Below, one piece after another: positions 10,140 through 18,633 of a DNA stretch of 64,000 nucleotides. The translations under genes and the position numbers were made by a program. Where the stretch lies: positions 192,001-256,000 of IMG/VR virus record IMGVR_UViG_3300015606_001334; one strand, 5' to 3'. The notes beneath the pieces are model-generated. The model worked only from the letters and a program-made list of their open reading frames with translations, searched no databases and was not told where the DNA came from. Numbering within the stretch: the stretch's first letter is position 1; the number at the start of each line of letters is the position of its first letter. Source of the DNA: a virus. Its lineage: Duplodnaviria; Caudoviricetes.

Positions 10140-10271
10140 TTTATTATCCTTATTTTGGAAATTGTGTCAATATGAGGGTCGGTCACCTGCCAACCAAATC
10201 CGAAAATTGCCGCGAAAAAGATCGCACACAGAATGAGAGGGAAACCTATCATTGCTAATGGGAAAGTAAAC

Positions 10272-10294
10272 AAAAATGCGGGACACCCGCAAAA
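10272..10294 (-). terminator. intrinsic terminator
   Basis: TGCGGG-TGT-CCCGCA followed by TTTTT on the minus strand. Confidence 0.6.
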
Positions 10295-10305
10295 GAATAC
10301 CCTCA

Positions 10306-10563
10306 TTATTCTGCTGAGGTGTCTTCGTCAGTTTCTTCGACTATGGACTCTTGGACAGCTTGGACCGCCAATGCCATTGCGGATGAAGCAGTCTCGCCGC
10401 TTATTTGAGCAGCCTTCTTTGCAGAAATGCCATCTTTATCATTGATGAATTGACGACGTTGGTCGACTGAAACGGGAGGTGGAACACTCTTAAGCGCTTG
10501 TTTGATTTCTAGTTCATCGAAATTAACTACTGCGCCACGTGCGCTACGTGCAAATTTTCCCAT
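10306..10563 (-). CDS. hypothetical protein (late-promoter driven)
   Basis: 85 aa, AAGGA SD, TATAAATA at 10600-10607. Confidence 0.7.
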   Translation of the reverse strand: MGKFARSARGAVVNFDELEIKQALKSVPPPVSVDQRRQFINDKDGISAKKAAQISGETASSAMALAVQAVQESIVEETDEDTSAE

Positions 10564-10614
10564 ATTTGTTATCCTTATTGGTTTGTTGAAAAACTTAACT
10601 ATTTATATGTCGAA

Positions 10615-11172
10615 TCAGTGGAAAAATTCTTCAACGGGAATATTGTATTTGAGAGGGTTGACTAAGTTCAAGCCCAAAAGAAAGAGAATGTAGCATGCGC
10701 ATGAAGATCCACGGCCAACACCGAACACTACAGAATTTTTGTTAAAGGTATCAACCACATAGATGATAGTCTTAAACAGTAGTTCAATGTTCCGTTTACC
10801 GATTTCTTCAAGCTCACGATCAACTCGCTTCTGAGCTTCATATTTCTGAGATGCCGTCATAGGAATCTCATCAAGCTTTTTCTGAACGAACTCTTTTAAG
10901 TCCAATGTCAAATACTCAATAGGAATATTGTAGACAAGCGGAGAAATCGCGGTTAAGATTTCCTCGTTCTGCTTAGACAATCGAATTTTATCGGTGTCTT
11001 CGTCAACCAATTGATTATGCTGCTTAATGTCCTCTGTTATTGAGAGGGTAGAAATCTGACTCGGTTTCAGCCCCTTCAATAACAGATCGCATGTCTTTTC
11101 TGGATCATGAGCTTCAACCGTACCGTCAAAGTACAGTCGATACTTCTGAAGCTCAATAAACAGCTCTTCCAT
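10615..11172 (-). CDS. DNA polymerase III alpha (family C)-like N-terminal fragment
   Basis: R...EL..I and GVGRGSSCACYILFLLG..VNP.KY....F match the DnaE GRGSxxxSxVxYxLGIT.xDP motif. Confidence 0.85.
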   Translation of the reverse strand: MEELFIELQKYRLYFDGTVEAHDPEKTCDLLLKGLKPSQISTLSITEDIKQHNQLVDEDTDKIRLSKQNEEILTAISPLVYNIPIEYLTLDLKEFVQKKLDEIPMTASQKYEAQKRVDRELEEIGKRNIELLFKTIIYVVDTFNKNSVVFGVGRGSSCACYILFLLGLNLVNPLKYNIPVEEFFH

Positions 11173-11531
11173 TAGATTTTTGAGATACCCTTACCAATGA
11201 AGCCCATCACGCTGTCGCTGATCTTTTCGACTTTCTTTTCGTGAGGGCGATGGGTGTGCATGTTGAAGGTGTCGAAGGCTTCGTACTTGACGCCGTCCAC
11301 AGCACAAACTTCCTTCATTTCCTTTTGGCAGGCATATTCAGCCAGCTTGAGGAGAATGGTCTGCGGCACAGTGGTGCAAGGCCATTCAGCATTGAACTTC
11401 AGATCCCAAGTACCTTCACGGAAGAACTTGATCGCGGCTTTTCGATGCTCTGCGTTTTTAGGATCAAAATCGATGCGGTCCTTAAGGAACTGAACACGGC
11501 TCGGATAACGTTCAACAAAAGTTTCAACCAT
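11172..11531 (-). CDS. hypothetical protein
   Basis: 119-aa ORF coupled to its neighbours. Confidence 0.6.
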   Translation of the reverse strand: MVETFVERYPSRVQFLKDRIDFDPKNAEHRKAAIKFFREGTWDLKFNAEWPCTTVPQTILLKLAEYACQKEMKEVCAVDGVKYEAFDTFNMHTHRPHEKKVEKISDSVMGFIGKGISKI

Positions 11532-11532
11532 C

Positions 11533-12159
11533 TTAGTTACTCTCCAGAATGTGATTTAGTCGGCCAAGGTATGCTTGGAGTAAATTATCGTCCATCAATT
11601 TTTCAATTATAACACCTTTCTTGAAAAGATGTAACCGCTGATCTTCATAACTATCGACACGATCATACAAATCCTTGAACACGATTCGCTTGATGCCGAC
11701 AGCAGGAAGATTCTTTGAACATTGAAGACATGGTTGGAGGGTACAATACAAAGTAGAGCCATCCAACGAGATGCCATGCTTTGCGGCCCAATTGATCGCA
11801 TTCAATTCAGCATGGGCCTCATTGACATCAGACCATGCACGATGCGCCTTTGCATCAAAGCCTTCCAATGGGAAAAGCTCATCGCAATTCTCGTCTCCGC
11901 TCGATGTTCCATTGATACCTGTAGAGAGTGTTCTACCATCTTTCTCGATTACGCAGCCAACTTGCCGTGACACACAATGCGAGAGATATGATAGATTAAT
12001 TGCGTTGCCAATGAAGACACGATCCAGAAGGTGCTGCTTCAAAAACACTTCAGCTTGTTCTAATATGACTCGCTGATCGGCAAAACGAGGAGCCTTCTTA
12101 ACTCGACTCCTCATTTGCTTGATTTGTTGGGTAAAATCTCTGAGACTTGTGTTATGCAT
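11533..12159 (-). CDS. dCMP deaminase
   Basis: S.C..RQVGCV, HAELNAI and PCLQC zinc-deaminase motifs. Confidence 0.93.
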   Translation of the reverse strand: MHNTSLRDFTQQIKQMRSRVKKAPRFADQRVILEQAEVFLKQHLLDRVFIGNAINLSYLSHCVSRQVGCVIEKDGRTLSTGINGTSSGDENCDELFPLEGFDAKAHRAWSDVNEAHAELNAINWAAKHGISLDGSTLYCTLQPCLQCSKNLPAVGIKRIVFKDLYDRVDSYEDQRLHLFKKGVIIEKLMDDNLLQAYLGRLNHILESN

Positions 12160-12793
12160 TGTTGATTTCTGCTTTCATACCACGGGAGGAGAGGATAACG
12201 GTGTCACTATCTTCAAAGTGCCACTTCACCTTAGCATTGAGGTTGACCGTCAAACCCTTTTCAAGGGCTTCGGTAAAGAGGTCGATGAACTTTGCTGCGT
12301 TCGTCTTAACAGTGAAGAAGATACCAGCCTTGTTCTTCATGGAAATCTTAGTGGTTACGCCAGCGAAGTAACCTTCACCGACTACAACTTCTTCGACCTT
12401 GCGAACTTCCAGCTTTCGGATTTCAGACTTTTCACCAACGACATACCATTCGTCGATGACTTCAGCAACGGCGGCCTTACGCATATCGCGTTCAGTACCA
12501 TTGATGAGAACTTCCATTTGCTTCTGCGACAGGTTACCAAAGCGTTGCCACTTGTTGGCGATGTCCAGGAAGAAATCGTTCTTGGAGTTAACTGCGAAAG
12601 CCAAAGCCTTTTCAAACTTGGCCTTGAACTCCGGTTCCAGCGTTGCAAGGATCTTTTCCCGAGATTCAGCAGCTTGCTGTGCCCAAACCGCTTGACGAGC
12701 CTTCCATTCGGCTTCACGTTGAGCTTGCTTTTCGGCCTTCTTAGCCAGCTTACGTTCCATCTTTTGTTCTTCGGTCATCTTCGGGCGGGCCAT
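12152..12793 (-). CDS. hypothetical early protein
   Basis: Start MARPKMT with GGAG SD directly downstream of an early promoter. Confidence 0.7.
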   Translation of the reverse strand: MARPKMTEEQKMERKLAKKAEKQAQREAEWKARQAVWAQQAAESREKILATLEPEFKAKFEKALAFAVNSKNDFFLDIANKWQRFGNLSQKQMEVLINGTERDMRKAAVAEVIDEWYVVGEKSEIRKLEVRKVEEVVVGEGYFAGVTTKISMKNKAGIFFTVKTNAAKFIDLFTEALEKGLTVNLNAKVKWHFEDSDTVILSSRGMKAEINNA

Positions 12794-12824
12794 GATAATC
12801 TCCAAGTTTGCTGATGTTAGGTGA

Positions 12825-12854
12825 ATTATATCAAACAAACTTGGAAATGTAAAC
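12825..12854 (-). promoter_or_regulatory. early promoter GTTTACA-N17-TATAAT
   Basis: Exact motif with 17-bp spacer. Confidence 0.85.
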
Positions 12855-12861
12855 CAAAATT

Positions 12862-13122
12862 TTATGGAAGCGTTGTTGCCATGATTCGGTTGTCTCTTGC
12901 GTCTCTGATGTTGTCTGCTTTGTATCTGTCTAGATACCACTCTAGACCTTTAGGAGTTGCTGCGTAAAACCAGTAATCCTTGTCGATTACTACTTCAGCT
13001 GCAAAACCTAACGCGAGCAAACCATTTCTACCGACCTTTGAAGGTAAACCTCCATCTCGTAGAGGTCCTCTTTCAACTAAGGCGACGAGAGTATCGATTT
13101 CTGCGCCAGTTAGAGCTTGCAT
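12862..13122 (-). CDS. hypothetical protein
   Basis: 86 aa, TAATG-coupled to dut. Confidence 0.6.
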   Translation of the reverse strand: MQALTGAEIDTLVALVERGPLRDGGLPSKVGRNGLLALGFAAEVVIDKDYWFYAATPKGLEWYLDRYKADNIRDARDNRIMATTLP

Positions 13123-13577
13123 TACTTGGTACCAGTAGATCCAAACCCATCTGCACCACGAGCACCAGCGACGTGGATGTCGCGATATAGCTCGTCTTCA
13201 GGAACAGCAATGGTTTCAAAGGTGATGACTGGAATCAAGATGCCTTGAACGATCTTCTCACCTGGAACAATAGTTTGATCCTGCTCGCCAGCATTGATCA
13301 TGTTGATGTGAACTTCACCAGAGTAACCGTGGTCGATTACACAAGCACCAACAATCAAAGAGCGCTTTGCCGCAACACCAGACTTGTTGAAGAAAACTAG
13401 AGCGTAACCTGCTGGAACTTCGACCTTGATACCAGCTGGGATCTTAACACTTTGACCTGGCTTTAGAACAGTTTCGGGGAAATCGTTTGGTACAAAGAAA
13501 TCGATACCCGCATCGGCGCCAGAGTTAGCACGTTGAGGAATTTTGACGTCGCGGGTTTGTGCCATTTTAAGGTACAT
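13122..13577 (-). CDS. dut: trimeric dUTPase
   Basis: AGIDF, KSG, VIDHGYSGE, QG and RG.DGFGSTG (motifs I-V). Confidence 0.95.
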   Translation of the reverse strand: MYLKMAQTRDVKIPQRANSGADAGIDFFVPNDFPETVLKPGQSVKIPAGIKVEVPAGYALVFFNKSGVAAKRSLIVGACVIDHGYSGEVHINMINAGEQDQTIVPGEKIVQGILIPVITFETIAVPEDELYRDIHVAGARGADGFGSTGTK

Positions 13578-13645
13578 GTTATTGTTCTCCGTTTTTATTA
13601 TGATTATGAGAGGTAGTTGGCATTGCACCAACTACCAAGTTGAAA

Positions 13646-13675
13646 ATTATAAACTAACTTGTTGATTTTGTAAAC
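13646..13675 (-). promoter_or_regulatory. early promoter GTTTACA-N17-TATAAT
   Basis: Exact motif; followed by a 9-bp 5'-UTR stem GGTAGTTGG/CCAACTACC (13612-13636). Confidence 0.85.
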
Positions 13676-13681
13676 GTTTGC

Positions 13682-14050
13682 TTAAGCAGCAGGGTCGTCT
13701 TTTCTTTTACCGCCTGGTATTCCATACTTAGCGGAAACGAACTTGCTGTAGCCTTCAACAGAACCAACATAAGCAAGATAAATTGCTAGAAGATCCCAAG
13801 TCATTTTATCGTTCATAGCCAATTTGACCATGATCCAAGTCGCAATCATTGCGCCAACCAACTGGATTAGTTTGGTTAGAGAAATTTCATGAGCGCCTGG
13901 TTTTCTAATAAGGTCAATCCAATTCAACTTGCTCTGAGCCTGAGCGGTCCAGAACATGATGACAAATGAACCAAACATTAGAATGATAACGAAAGACATT
14001 AGATCCATTCCGTTGAAGAATGCTTCTTGAAGACTGTGTAAAAATTCCAT
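13682..14050 (-). CDS. putative holin
   Basis: 122 aa, about 3 TM segments, charged C-terminus; late promoter and RBS-sequestering hairpin like the nearby endolysin. Confidence 0.6.
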   Translation of the reverse strand: MEFLHSLQEAFFNGMDLMSFVIILMFGSFVIMFWTAQAQSKLNWIDLIRKPGAHEISLTKLIQLVGAMIATWIMVKLAMNDKMTWDLLAIYLAYVGSVEGYSKFVSAKYGIPGGKRKDDPAA

Positions 14051-14051
14051 T

Positions 14052-14099
14052 TTAGGTTACCTTTCATAAACCGGTAAAGTATTTATGAAGGTAACCTAA
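14052..14099 (-). promoter_or_regulatory. RBS-occluding hairpin with overlapping late promoter CATAAATA
   Basis: 18-bp inverted repeat with one bulge; the 3' arm contains the AAAGG SD of the holin-like gene. Confidence 0.8.
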
Positions 14100-14111
14100 T
14101 TTTAGTTCATT

Positions 14112-16709
14112 TTAGCTGCACTTGCTGGAACCGCAGTTGACACACTTCTTACAACCTTCTTCGTAAATCACGTTGGAAGAACCACAGTCTTGACAGGTTT
14201 CGCCTGCGACCTTCTCACCGTCCTTGATAAAGGAAGATAGGTACTTCTTGATTTGGAAGAGGAAGGAACCTGCGTAAACGTCTTCCATTGAATCGATGAC
14301 GTTTACGATGTTCTTAATGAGAACGCCATGACGTAGGTTCAAGGAGATAACGCGAGCAATCTTGGAAGCGTTGTCGTTAGAACTGATCTTAGACATTACT
14401 TCGTCAATATGATCGGCAGGAATACCCTTGCGTTTTGCTAGGTCGACTAGCTTTTCTACCGCATCAGAAGTTGTGACATTCTTTTCGTGATGGTTAGTAT
14501 GAACAAACAACGCGAATGGACGGGTTTGGGTTTCATTCCAAATAACGGAGAGATACCACTTGCGACCTTCTGCCTTTAGGGTCTTCATAGAAGCTGGAGC
14601 AGAATCAGGTAGCTTGACGTTTTCAAGGATGATTTCTTCGTCTTCTGGCTCAGCAGTCTTTTCATCCTTTGCGGATAGAACTGCGGTCATGGTACCAGAA
14701 CGGTAAGTAGTAAAGCCCTTGATGAAACCAGTGTTGTAGACCTTGAGGTAGAGGTCCTTGAAGTTTTCGTATGGGTAGTCGAATGGAATATTGCAGGTCT
14801 TTGAACATGCAGAGTCAGTCCAACGAGCGAAACCTTCTAGGTCAGAAACGTGATCATCAACTGTTAGGTTGGTGGTAGTCACTGCCCAATCAGCAGATGG
14901 ATCCCATTCACCGATAGACTTGAGGAAGCGGACGCCGTAGTCTTCGCACAGAACTTCTTTGGTGAGGCCGCGATTCTTGTCGATCTTGTAGGTAGTACCG
15001 TTGAATACGCCCTTAAGGATTTCTTCGTCACCTTCCTTAGCAAACTTGAAGAGGCTGGTTTCAAACCATTCGCCTTCATACCATTTTGGAGTTACTGCGG
15101 CGATTTCGTCTGGGGCACGAGACTGGATAACAGTGCGAACATACTCAGGCATGAAGATTGGTTCAATACCACCAGAAACCACGTTTGCAACGATTGAAGT
15201 GTTGCCGTTTGGTTGTTGGCTGAGTAGGGAAGCATTACGGATACCAGTGGTACGTAGCTTGGTCATGTATTCGTTAGACAGCTTTAGCTGTTGGACGAAT
15301 GGGGTTTCAGCATGCTTGATTGGGTCACAGAATTCAAACTTACCCTTTTCGACGGCTAGATCGATAGAGGTTTCGTAAGCAGTGCGAGCGATAACTTGCA
15401 TTAGCTCTTCACGGATGGACGAAGCCTTTTCAGAAGCAAAGCGAGTCTTCATCATGAATAGGGCAGAACCCCAACCCATGACACCAAGACCGATACGACG
15501 CTTCTTCTCCATGGACTCACGATACTCAGGTAGCGGAGCAGAAGAGTAGGAGTTGACGTTGTCTAGGAAGCGAACCAAGTAGCCAACGAAACGCTTGACT
15601 TCAGCTAGGTTAAACCCAGTGCGGTCAGAATTTACGAATTGAGTTAGGTTGATGGTACCCAAACAGCAAATGTTACCAGGAGAAAGAGTCTGTTCACCGC
15701 AAGGATTGGTTGCGAAGATGGTTTCGCCGTAGCCTAGTGGGTTGAAGTAGTTGGCGCGATCAAGGAAGAGAACGCCTGGTTCAGCGCGGTTGTAAGTGGA
15801 CTCCATGATGAGGTTCCACAAGTACTTAACCGACACAGTGTTGTGAACCTTGAGTGGCAGACCCTTAGATTTCCATAGCTTGATGTCGCCATTCCAAACT
15901 GCTTTGTAGTCGGCAGAAGTAGTGTCTGGGAAAATTAGATCCCACTTGTCTGCATCTTCTAGCTCTTTTTCGAGTACTGCTAGCTTTTCACCAGAGACTC
16001 CGTGATTCTTTAGTTCAGCGATGCTCTTTTCAAGTAGAGCTACGTCGTTGACGCGCTGCATGAAATCGTCGGTACAGTTCACAGAAATGTTGAACTTAGA
16101 TAGACGACCAGCTTGTTGTTTTGCAGTGATGAACTCGACAACGTCTGGATGCCAAACGTCGAGAACGCCCATCATTGCGCCCTTACGAATCTTGCCCTTA
16201 GCTTTCTTATTGGAAGACTTCTTACCAGAACCAGAGGTGATGATTTCAGATGCCTTGTCGAATAGCTCCATGTACTTAACAGCACCAGGAGTTTCAACAC
16301 CGATACCGTGGATGAAAGATCCACGTGGACGAATATAGGAGAAGTTTTCACCCCAACCACCTTCAGACTTTAGGGTCTGGGATTGGCTGAGTAGGTGGTT
16401 GTAGATACCTTCGAGAGAGTCGATATCGAACTTACCGCGAGGACCAACGAAGCAGTTCATCAGAGTGGTACCAGACCATTCAGTGCCTGCATTAGATAGG
16501 GTACGGCCACCAGGCACGCCCTTGAAATTGGTTAGCAGATCGTAAAAGCGCTCTTCCCAAAGAGTACGTAGTTCTTCAGTCGCTTCCACTGAAGCAATCG
16601 CCTTAGCAACTCTTCGCAAATTTGAGTTGATGTCTACGTCCTGATGGTCCTTGTACGTAGTTTCCCAAATTTCTTGTGAAAACGAATCTTGGAAGACGGT
16701 TCCTGTCAT
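14112..16709 (-). CDS. nrdJ: class II (adenosylcobalamin-dependent) ribonucleotide reductase
   Basis: NCFV, GG.G, R.GA.M, TNPCGEQ, RRIGLG.MG, SGGIEP, KGFTTYR.G, C-terminal C..C...C..C Zn ribbon; no R2 subunit gene adjacent. Confidence 0.9.
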   Translation of the reverse strand: MTGTVFQDSFSQEIWETTYKDHQDVDINSNLRRVAKAIASVEATEELRTLWEERFYDLLTNFKGVPGGRTLSNAGTEWSGTTLMNCFVGPRGKFDIDSLEGIYNHLLSQSQTLKSEGGWGENFSYIRPRGSFIHGIGVETPGAVKYMELFDKASEIITSGSGKKSSNKKAKGKIRKGAMMGVLDVWHPDVVEFITAKQQAGRLSKFNISVNCTDDFMQRVNDVALLEKSIAELKNHGVSGEKLAVLEKELEDADKWDLIFPDTTSADYKAVWNGDIKLWKSKGLPLKVHNTVSVKYLWNLIMESTYNRAEPGVLFLDRANYFNPLGYGETIFATNPCGEQTLSPGNICCLGTINLTQFVNSDRTGFNLAEVKRFVGYLVRFLDNVNSYSSAPLPEYRESMEKKRRIGLGVMGWGSALFMMKTRFASEKASSIREELMQVIARTAYETSIDLAVEKGKFEFCDPIKHAETPFVQQLKLSNEYMTKLRTTGIRNASLLSQQPNGNTSIVANVVSGGIEPIFMPEYVRTVIQSRAPDEIAAVTPKWYEGEWFETSLFKFAKEGDEEILKGVFNGTTYKIDKNRGLTKEVLCEDYGVRFLKSIGEWDPSADWAVTTTNLTVDDHVSDLEGFARWTDSACSKTCNIPFDYPYENFKDLYLKVYNTGFIKGFTTYRSGTMTAVLSAKDEKTAEPEDEEIILENVKLPDSAPASMKTLKAEGRKWYLSVIWNETQTRPFALFVHTNHHEKNVTTSDAVEKLVDLAKRKGIPADHIDEVMSKISSNDNASKIARVISLNLRHGVLIKNIVNVIDSMEDVYAGSFLFQIKKYLSSFIKDGEKVAGETCQDCGSSNVIYEEGCKKCVNCGSSKCS

Positions 16710-16747
16710 ATTTTAACCTCTATTTTTGTTTTGTTAGAATTAGAATT

Positions 16748-17326
16748 TTATTTTTGGGAAGCAATATATGCTTTGATGCTAGCAATGCGGTTTAGCCATC
16801 CTTTTAGGAATTTGACTTGCTCTGGCTTTCTGCTAACAATCGATCTGAATAAGTCTTCTCTCGATTTGAGTATTTTATCACAAATCTCAAGGGAATTAAA
16901 CGTTTTTGTTGCACTTATTGTTTGATTTCCAATTTGACCGTCTGGTGTAGCGCCAACTGCTCGTTGAAGCATTTTTGCTGCGGCTCCAATGCCGTGATTA
17001 ACTGCAGCGTCAAATAGGTTTATTGCCAATGGGGCATCAAAGCTTTCGCAGCTTAGCGGCTTCCAATAGCGGTTGTAATACACTTCCATCGCCTGTCGAA
17101 GAGTAAGCGATTTGATGTCTAGGTCGGGGTTGGCGTTTTTGGCAATACCAAACTTGGTCTCGCCGCCAGCATCTTCAGCTATACATGAATAGCCGGTTTT
17201 CCCTTGTTCGATTTTTGTGGTGCATTTTCCAGCGACAGTATCGGGATCTTCGAAGTTAAACTTTGGACCAACTTCATAAATCATCGAGAACTTGAATGCA
17301 CTCACAAATGCAGGTGAAAATTCCAT
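16748..17326 (-). CDS. endolysin, glycoside hydrolase family 108 with peptidoglycan-binding domain
   Basis: D.GGETKFGI, Y..RYW, FDAAVNHG, LQRAVG..PDG.IG..T, FLKGWLNR. Confidence 0.92.
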   Translation of the reverse strand: MEFSPAFVSAFKFSMIYEVGPKFNFEDPDTVAGKCTTKIEQGKTGYSCIAEDAGGETKFGIAKNANPDLDIKSLTLRQAMEVYYNRYWKPLSCESFDAPLAINLFDAAVNHGIGAAAKMLQRAVGATPDGQIGNQTISATKTFNSLEICDKILKSREDLFRSIVSRKPEQVKFLKGWLNRIASIKAYIASQK

Positions 17327-17327
17327 T

Positions 17328-17380
17328 TGTGGTCTCCTTTACTTTTAGATGATTTATTTATCTCGTAAAGGAGTACCACA
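17328..17380 (-). promoter_or_regulatory. RBS-occluding hairpin with late promoter GATAAATA in the loop
   Basis: 15-bp inverted repeat with one bulge (TGTGGTACTCCTTTAC / GTAAAGGAGACCACA) covering the AAGGAG SD of the endolysin. Confidence 0.85.
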
Positions 17381-17415
17381 GTCCGGATGTGCACTATCTA
17401 GTTGATTTTAAATGA

Positions 17416-17922
17416 TTACAAGATGTCGCCGATGGTCTTATTATTTAGCCACTTGTGGAGGTCGAAAGGACCTACGATCACACACACGTCAGATTCTTGT
17501 TGACGGTCGACCACTGTTCCTATTGGGTGACAGAGAGCTGTGGCACGCTGAATCATCGGGTGAACCAGAGACATCTTCGGTTCAAAGTCGTCAATAGTCA
17601 CTTCGAACATTCGCATTTTCGAGTCAGTCGGCGACATCGCAAATGCATGGCACTTAGAGTTCGAACACGACGTGACTGGAATCGTATCGATCTGATAGGT
17701 ATCGTCGTCAACAATCAGGATATTCCAGGTAGCAGGAACGAAGAAGGCGAAGTCATTGATTTTCAGTTTGACTGCAGGTCCAGAGCTTTCTTCAAGATAG
17801 GAGATTTGAGCAATCTTGAAATCTAGCATATGTGCTGAGAAAATCCAATGATGTTTGATGACCATTGGTTGATTCAAAGAATCGACGATATACGGCTTGT
17901 TTAGATCGGATAGAAATAGCAT
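17416..17922 (-). CDS. hypothetical protein
   Basis: 168-aa ORF in operon. Confidence 0.7.
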   Translation of the reverse strand: MLFLSDLNKPYIVDSLNQPMVIKHHWIFSAHMLDFKIAQISYLEESSGPAVKLKINDFAFFVPATWNILIVDDDTYQIDTIPVTSCSNSKCHAFAMSPTDSKMRMFEVTIDDFEPKMSLVHPMIQRATALCHPIGTVVDRQQESDVCVIVGPFDLHKWLNNKTIGDIL

Positions 17923-18626
17923 TATTCGATTCCTAGTTTCATGCGCTGAACATAAAGAGCATATTCTTCTTTTTTGATTTTCGCTACTTCCTCGTCTAGA
18001 TTTAGACCGTGCATTGCTTCAAAATCCTTTTTTGCATTGGGGTCTAAATCTCTTTTATAAAACTCGGCTTCCCATTCTTCAAACGGGAGAATCTTTGCTT
18101 CACTTTCCTTTTCAAGTTCTTCGAAATGGTCTTTATACCGAAGGTAGAATTCTTTTGCCTTTTCGAAATCTGCCCTTAATAGTTGTTTAGCAATATCTTC
18201 AGCGTTTTTCTTTTTAATCGCGATGGAATCTGCTAGGTTAGTTTCATAACCACGGAAGAATTCTTCAAACACCGCAGGATCATGAATTTCGGTTAGAAGC
18301 TGTCTCTTGATATTGAGAACATCATTTGGACGCTTTTCGCCAGTGATAACTTCACGATCATCCATCAGATGAACTCGGATGTTATCTCCTAGGTTATCGA
18401 TCGAGGTTACTCGGTAAGTGGTGTTAGCCCAAGGGCGTTTGAATTCGAGACGAGAATGAATCTCGTTCTGCTTTCGAATAATCTTGTTTGCTACACGCTC
18501 GACATATTGCGTTAGAAAGTCATAATGCTTTTTAACCGCATCCCAAGATTCGAGCATATTTTTAACAAGAGATGATGAACCATCATCGTAAATGTCTGGA
18601 TGTAGGATTGAATCAGTGTCTATCAT
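17922..18626 (-). CDS. hypothetical protein
   Basis: 234-aa ORF in operon. Confidence 0.65.
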   Translation of the reverse strand: MIDTDSILHPDIYDDGSSSLVKNMLESWDAVKKHYDFLTQYVERVANKIIRKQNEIHSRLEFKRPWANTTYRVTSIDNLGDNIRVHLMDDREVITGEKRPNDVLNIKRQLLTEIHDPAVFEEFFRGYETNLADSIAIKKKNAEDIAKQLLRADFEKAKEFYLRYKDHFEELEKESEAKILPFEEWEAEFYKRDLDPNAKKDFEAMHGLNLDEEVAKIKKEEYALYVQRMKLGIE

Positions 18627-18633
18627 GAGTTCC

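Noticed and set aside
5354-11172. DnaE pseudogene remnants or trans-splicing split-intein DnaE
   Set aside because: Both ORFs are intact, coupled to neighbours and keep the catalytic motifs; no intein N- or C-terminal blocks are visible.
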